Assembly: GCA_963845535.1 (NCBI GenBank)
Contig: CAWJSK010000015.1
Span: 320,001 to 384,000 of the forward strand
Direction of reading: 5' to 3'
Source of the DNA: an uncultured Spirochaetota bacterium
Lineage (GTDB): Bacteria > Spirochaetota > Spirochaetia > SZUA-6 > Fen-1364
Length of the DNA: 64,000 nucleotides
In this document: positions 60,454 to 64,000 of the stretch, piece after piece
How positions within the stretch are numbered: position 1 is the first letter of the stretch
Layout of the letters: each line of letters begins with the position of its first letter
Notes under the pieces: model-generated
Database searches by the model: none
What the model was told of the DNA's origin: nothing
Seen by the model: the letters and a program-made list of their open reading frames with translations, nothing else
Program-made: the position numbers and the translations under genes

Positions 60454-61533
60454 CTAAACGAACTCGTCCCGCTCTCGCAGGATGGCGATCTCCCCTTTTT
60501 GCTCCAGCAGCTGCACGTACTCCAGGAAATCCTGGAGGGCTGCCTCGACCTCGCTCTTGCGCACCGCGCCCAGGGAATCGGATTCCAGACGCACAAGGTC
60601 ACGCCGTCTCTCCGAGAGGGAGGCGAGGATGCGCAACTTCACCTTCTCCTCCACGCCCTTGGTGAGCATGGCGATCTCGCGGTCGGAGTGATCACGCAGC
60701 ACTTTCTGCAGGTCCTTGTCCGGGATCTGGAAGACGATGTCGATGGTGTACAGCTTCTTCTTGATTTCATTTGAGACGTTGGGCTCGAGCGTCTGAAGGA
60801 TGGCCTGCTCCTTGCCCGGGTCCATGAAGCGCAGGATCTCCGTGAGGGCGGCCTTGCCGTCAATCTCCTGCGTCACGGGGGTGCTCTGTTCGTGGACCTT
60901 GCCCCGGAGCGTCTCCTCCGCCCTGCGGACCACCTCGGGATCAACCTTTTTCATCCGGGCAATCCGGGGGACGATCTCGCGCTGGACTTCCGGGGTCAGC
61001 GCCTGGAGGATGCGCGCCGCGAGCTTGGGCTCCAGGTGCGCGAGGATCAGGGAGGCCACCGGCACGGACTCTTCCCGCACCAGGGAAATTGCCTGGTGGA
61101 CGTCAATGTCCTGGAGGAAGGAGAAGGGCGGGGGAGCCATGTCCTTCCTCACTTTGGCAAGGATCTTCTCCGCCTTCTCAGCGCCGAGAGACGCGGTGAG
61201 CATCTCCTGGGCTTTTTCTATCCCTCCCAGGGCGATGAGGTTCTTCGTTTCCTTGATGTAGCCGAACTCTTCGAGGACCTTGGAGGCCTCCCGCTCCTCG
61301 ATTCGCTGGGTGCGGGCAATCTCCTTTGTGATGCCCTCGATCTCTTCCGGAGCCATGTGCTTGAGCACGCGCGCTGCTTCGTCCTTGCCCAGAAGCATGA
61401 GGAACTGGGCCGCTTTGCGGTATCCGGCGTCCCGGCTCGTTTCCTTGATGAAGCCCCGGATGGACGGATCCAGGCCTGTCTTCTTTGCCGCCCGCGGCTT
61501 TCTGGACTTGCGCTTTTCCTCTCCGCCTGCCAT
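60454..61533 (-). CDS. fliG: Divergent FliG paralogue
   Basis: KAAQFLMLLG (N), FSFL...LILAHL (M), SLSERR...GAVRKSEVEAA...GEI (C). Start ATG 61533. Confidence 0.8.
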   Translation of the reverse strand: MAGGEEKRKSRKPRAAKKTGLDPSIRGFIKETSRDAGYRKAAQFLMLLGKDEAARVLKHMAPEEIEGITKEIARTQRIEEREASKVLEEFGYIKETKNLIALGGIEKAQEMLTASLGAEKAEKILAKVRKDMAPPPFSFLQDIDVHQAISLVREESVPVASLILAHLEPKLAARILQALTPEVQREIVPRIARMKKVDPEVVRRAEETLRGKVHEQSTPVTQEIDGKAALTEILRFMDPGKEQAILQTLEPNVSNEIKKKLYTIDIVFQIPDKDLQKVLRDHSDREIAMLTKGVEEKVKLRILASLSERRRDLVRLESDSLGAVRKSEVEAALQDFLEYVQLLEQKGEIAILRERDEFV

Positions 61534-61633
61534 TGGCGGTATCTTATCGCTTCTCCCCACCGAGTGCCAAGGATGAGAGATCGACTCCCGGGTTTCCGTT
61601 TGTCCGTCCGTCCGACTCTTCGTACCTTCTGGA

Positions 61634-63653
61634 ATGCAAGGCCCCATGAACGCCCTTCAGTTCGAGAAAAGCCCCTATCTTCTCCAGCACGCAACCAATC
61701 CGGTGGACTGGCATCCCTGGGGCGAGGAGGCGTTCCGCAAGGCCCGTGACGGGCGCAAGCCCATCTTCCTCTCCATCGGCTACTCCACCTGCCACTGGTG
61801 CCACGTGATGGAGCATGAATCCTTCGAGGATGTCCAGGTGGCGTCCCTCATGAACGAGACTTTCGTCTCGATCAAGGTGGACCGCGAAGAGCGGCCCGAC
61901 CTCGACGCTCATTACATGACAGCCTGCCAGCTCATGACGGGATCCGGGGGCTGGCCCCTCACCATCGTCATGACTCCGGAAGGCACCCCTTTCTTCGCGG
62001 GGACGTATTTCCCGAAGGAAAGCGGGTTCGGCCACGTGGGGATGCTGGACCTCGTGCCCCGGATCCGGGAGTTGTGGGAGACGCGGCGTGACGAGCTTGT
62101 CTCCTCGGGGGCCACCGTTGCCGCCGCGCTCGCCGAGGAGGCGCAGCGTTCCAGCGCAGGAAGCCGCGTTCGACCGCAGCACGGTCATAAGCGCCGCGCG
62201 CGCGGTTGCAGCACGGTTCGACCCGGCGCACGGCGGCTTCGGCTCGGCGCCGAAGTTTCCCATGGCGAGCGTCTATCCGCTCCTGCTGCGTGCGGGGAAG
62301 AGAGAGGGGAACGAACGGACCCTTGGGATGGTCGAAAGCTCTTTGATGGCCATGCGCAACGGCGGGATATACGACCAGGTGGGATTTGGTTTCCATCGCT
62401 ACTCCACTGACGCCGAGTGGCGCGTCCCCCACTTCGAGAAGATGCTCTACGACCAGGCGCTCCTCTGCATGGCGTACGTCGATGCATGGCAGGCAACGGG
62501 GAAAGACTTCTACCGGCAAACGGCGCTGGAGATCTGCGCGTACGTGCTCCGCGACATGAGCTCACCCGAGGGCGGGTTTTTCACCGCGGAGGACGCCGAC
62601 AGCGAAGGGGAGGAGGGGAAGTTTTACCTCTGGACACGGGCGGAGATCGAGGCAGTCCTGTCAACGGAAGAGCTGCGGGAGTTCGACCAGCGCTACACGC
62701 CCGCGGGCGATGGGCAGCTCATCCTCCACCGGGACCCTGCACAGTCGGCCCTTCCCGACCACATTGAGGGAGCGCTCCTCAGGCGGAGGCTTGCCCGGCA
62801 GCGGCCTTCCCGGGATGACAAGATCCTTTCGGATTGGAACGGTCTCATGATCGCGGCGCTCGCCAGGGCAGGCGGCGCATTCGAGGACCCGCCCCTGCTC
62901 GACGCCGCCGTTCGGGCCGCGGACTTCGTCCTGCAGCGCCTCGTCGACGCGAACGGCTGGCTCCTGCACCGCTACCGCGACGGAGAGGCTGCCATCCCCG
63001 CATTTGCCGACGACTACCTCCTCCTCGTCTGGGGGCTTCTGGAGCTGTACGAAGCCACCTTCCAGGTCCGATGGCTGCGGGAAGCCGTTCGATTCCTGGA
63101 TGAGGCGCTTGCCCGATTCTGGGATGCAGACCTGGCCGGATTCTTTCAGACCGCGCACGACGCGCCAGGTGGCCTGGGCAGCCGCATCAAGCCAATCGTC
63201 GACAACGTCATTCCTTCCGCCAATTCCGTTGCCGTGCTCGTCCTCACGAAGCTTGCCGAGATAACAGGCCAGGAGAAGTACCGCGCCCAGGCGGGATCCG
63301 TCATTGCCCTCTATCCGCCGGAGGCGGAATCGAACGCATTGTCCTTTTCGTTCTTCCTCTCAGCCCTCGACTTCTATGTGGGCCCGACTTTCCAGGTCGT
63401 CATTGCGGGAGACCCCGATGATCCGCAGACCCTCGAGATGGTCCGGGCGCTTCGCGGACGCTACCTGCCGAACGCGTCAGTGGTGCTTCGGCCGACGAAC
63501 GAGGCGGAGCCGGAGATCGTGAGCATTGCGCCGTACTCCGCGCCCCAGGGCCTGATGAACGGAAGGGCCACCGCGTACGTGTGCTCGGGTTGGGCTTGTA
63601 CGCTCCCCACCAATGACCCCGCCGTCATGCTCCGAATCCTCGCTTCATCCTGA
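61634..63653 (+). CDS. YyaL/SPATA20-like thioredoxin-domain protein, frameshifted near 62150
   Basis: [52 protein letters not shown]. Confidence 0.92.
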
Positions 63654-64000
63654 GTCCGTCTTTTCCAGTTTCGCATACAGGGAGTCAATGATCTCCGCAA
63701 GAGGGAACGGGTTCGCATGCTCAGGCGGGCAGCTTTCCCGCCCGGTGTCCAGGTTCTGGTCCCCCACGAGCTGGGCGAGGCCTTCCGGCGATGCCTGTCC
63801 TGAAAGCACACGGTACGTTTCCTGGAGCAGGTGGATGGAAACACCGAGGGCTTCCTCGTACAGGTCGATGAAGCTTGCCGTGGAGACGGTGGCAGAGTCG
63901 CAGGGATGGCACCACGTTGCATGGTGGAGGTTCAGGAAGTCGTGCTCCGGCGGAATGTCGCGGGGATGAAGGAGCGCGATGCGCCTCTGCGTGAAGCCCT
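63645..64000 (-). CDS. C-terminus of a protein entering from outside the window; possibly Zn-dependent phospholipase C family
   Basis: Open frame ...DFLNLHHATWCHPC...SFIDLYEEAL...NLDTG...*, with the stop at 63645-63647. Confidence 0.5.
   Translation of the reverse strand, partial: GFTQRRIALLHPRDIPPEHDFLNLHHATWCHPCDSATVSTASFIDLYEEALGVSIHLLQETYRVLSGQASPEGLAQLVGDQNLDTGRESCPPEHANPFPLAEIIDSLYAKLEKTDSG

Overview
A high-GC bacterial chromosome window, most likely from a free-living Spirochaetia. The evidence is a stand-alone divergent FliG paralogue, a Treponema-like integrase N-terminus and spirochaete-type hypothetical proteins. Left part (~1-24.6 kb): a decaying accessory region ending at a broken tyrosine integrase next to tRNA-Leu(GAG). 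It holds a MarR / radical-SAM / MFS-aldo-keto-reductase fusion / MFS operon, a PTS EIIA protein, a dienelactone hydrolase, recombinase and IS630 debris and an intact DDE transposase. It also holds a 10.8-kb block bracketed by a 351-bp direct repeat, carrying a chimeric CHASE3 two-component system, a PepSY-like protein, an internally deleted macB, an ArsB-like permease with USP, and a sugar-type ABC importer with an argininosuccinate-lyase-like C-N lyase. Right part (24.8-64 kb): mostly core and metabolic genes, including nagA, an ArcE-like arginine synthetase coupled to OTC, nrnA, a sigma-like protein, rdgB, alpha-amylase/malQ, mutM, paaK, a xylan locus (GH3, GH10, LacI-sensor histidine kinase with response regulator), a TetR-RND-LolA-like module, asnS, fliG-like and yyaL-like genes. 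At least five otherwise intact genes carry single-base frameshifts, which suggests consensus indel errors. All family assignments come from motif recognition by eye; no searches were run.
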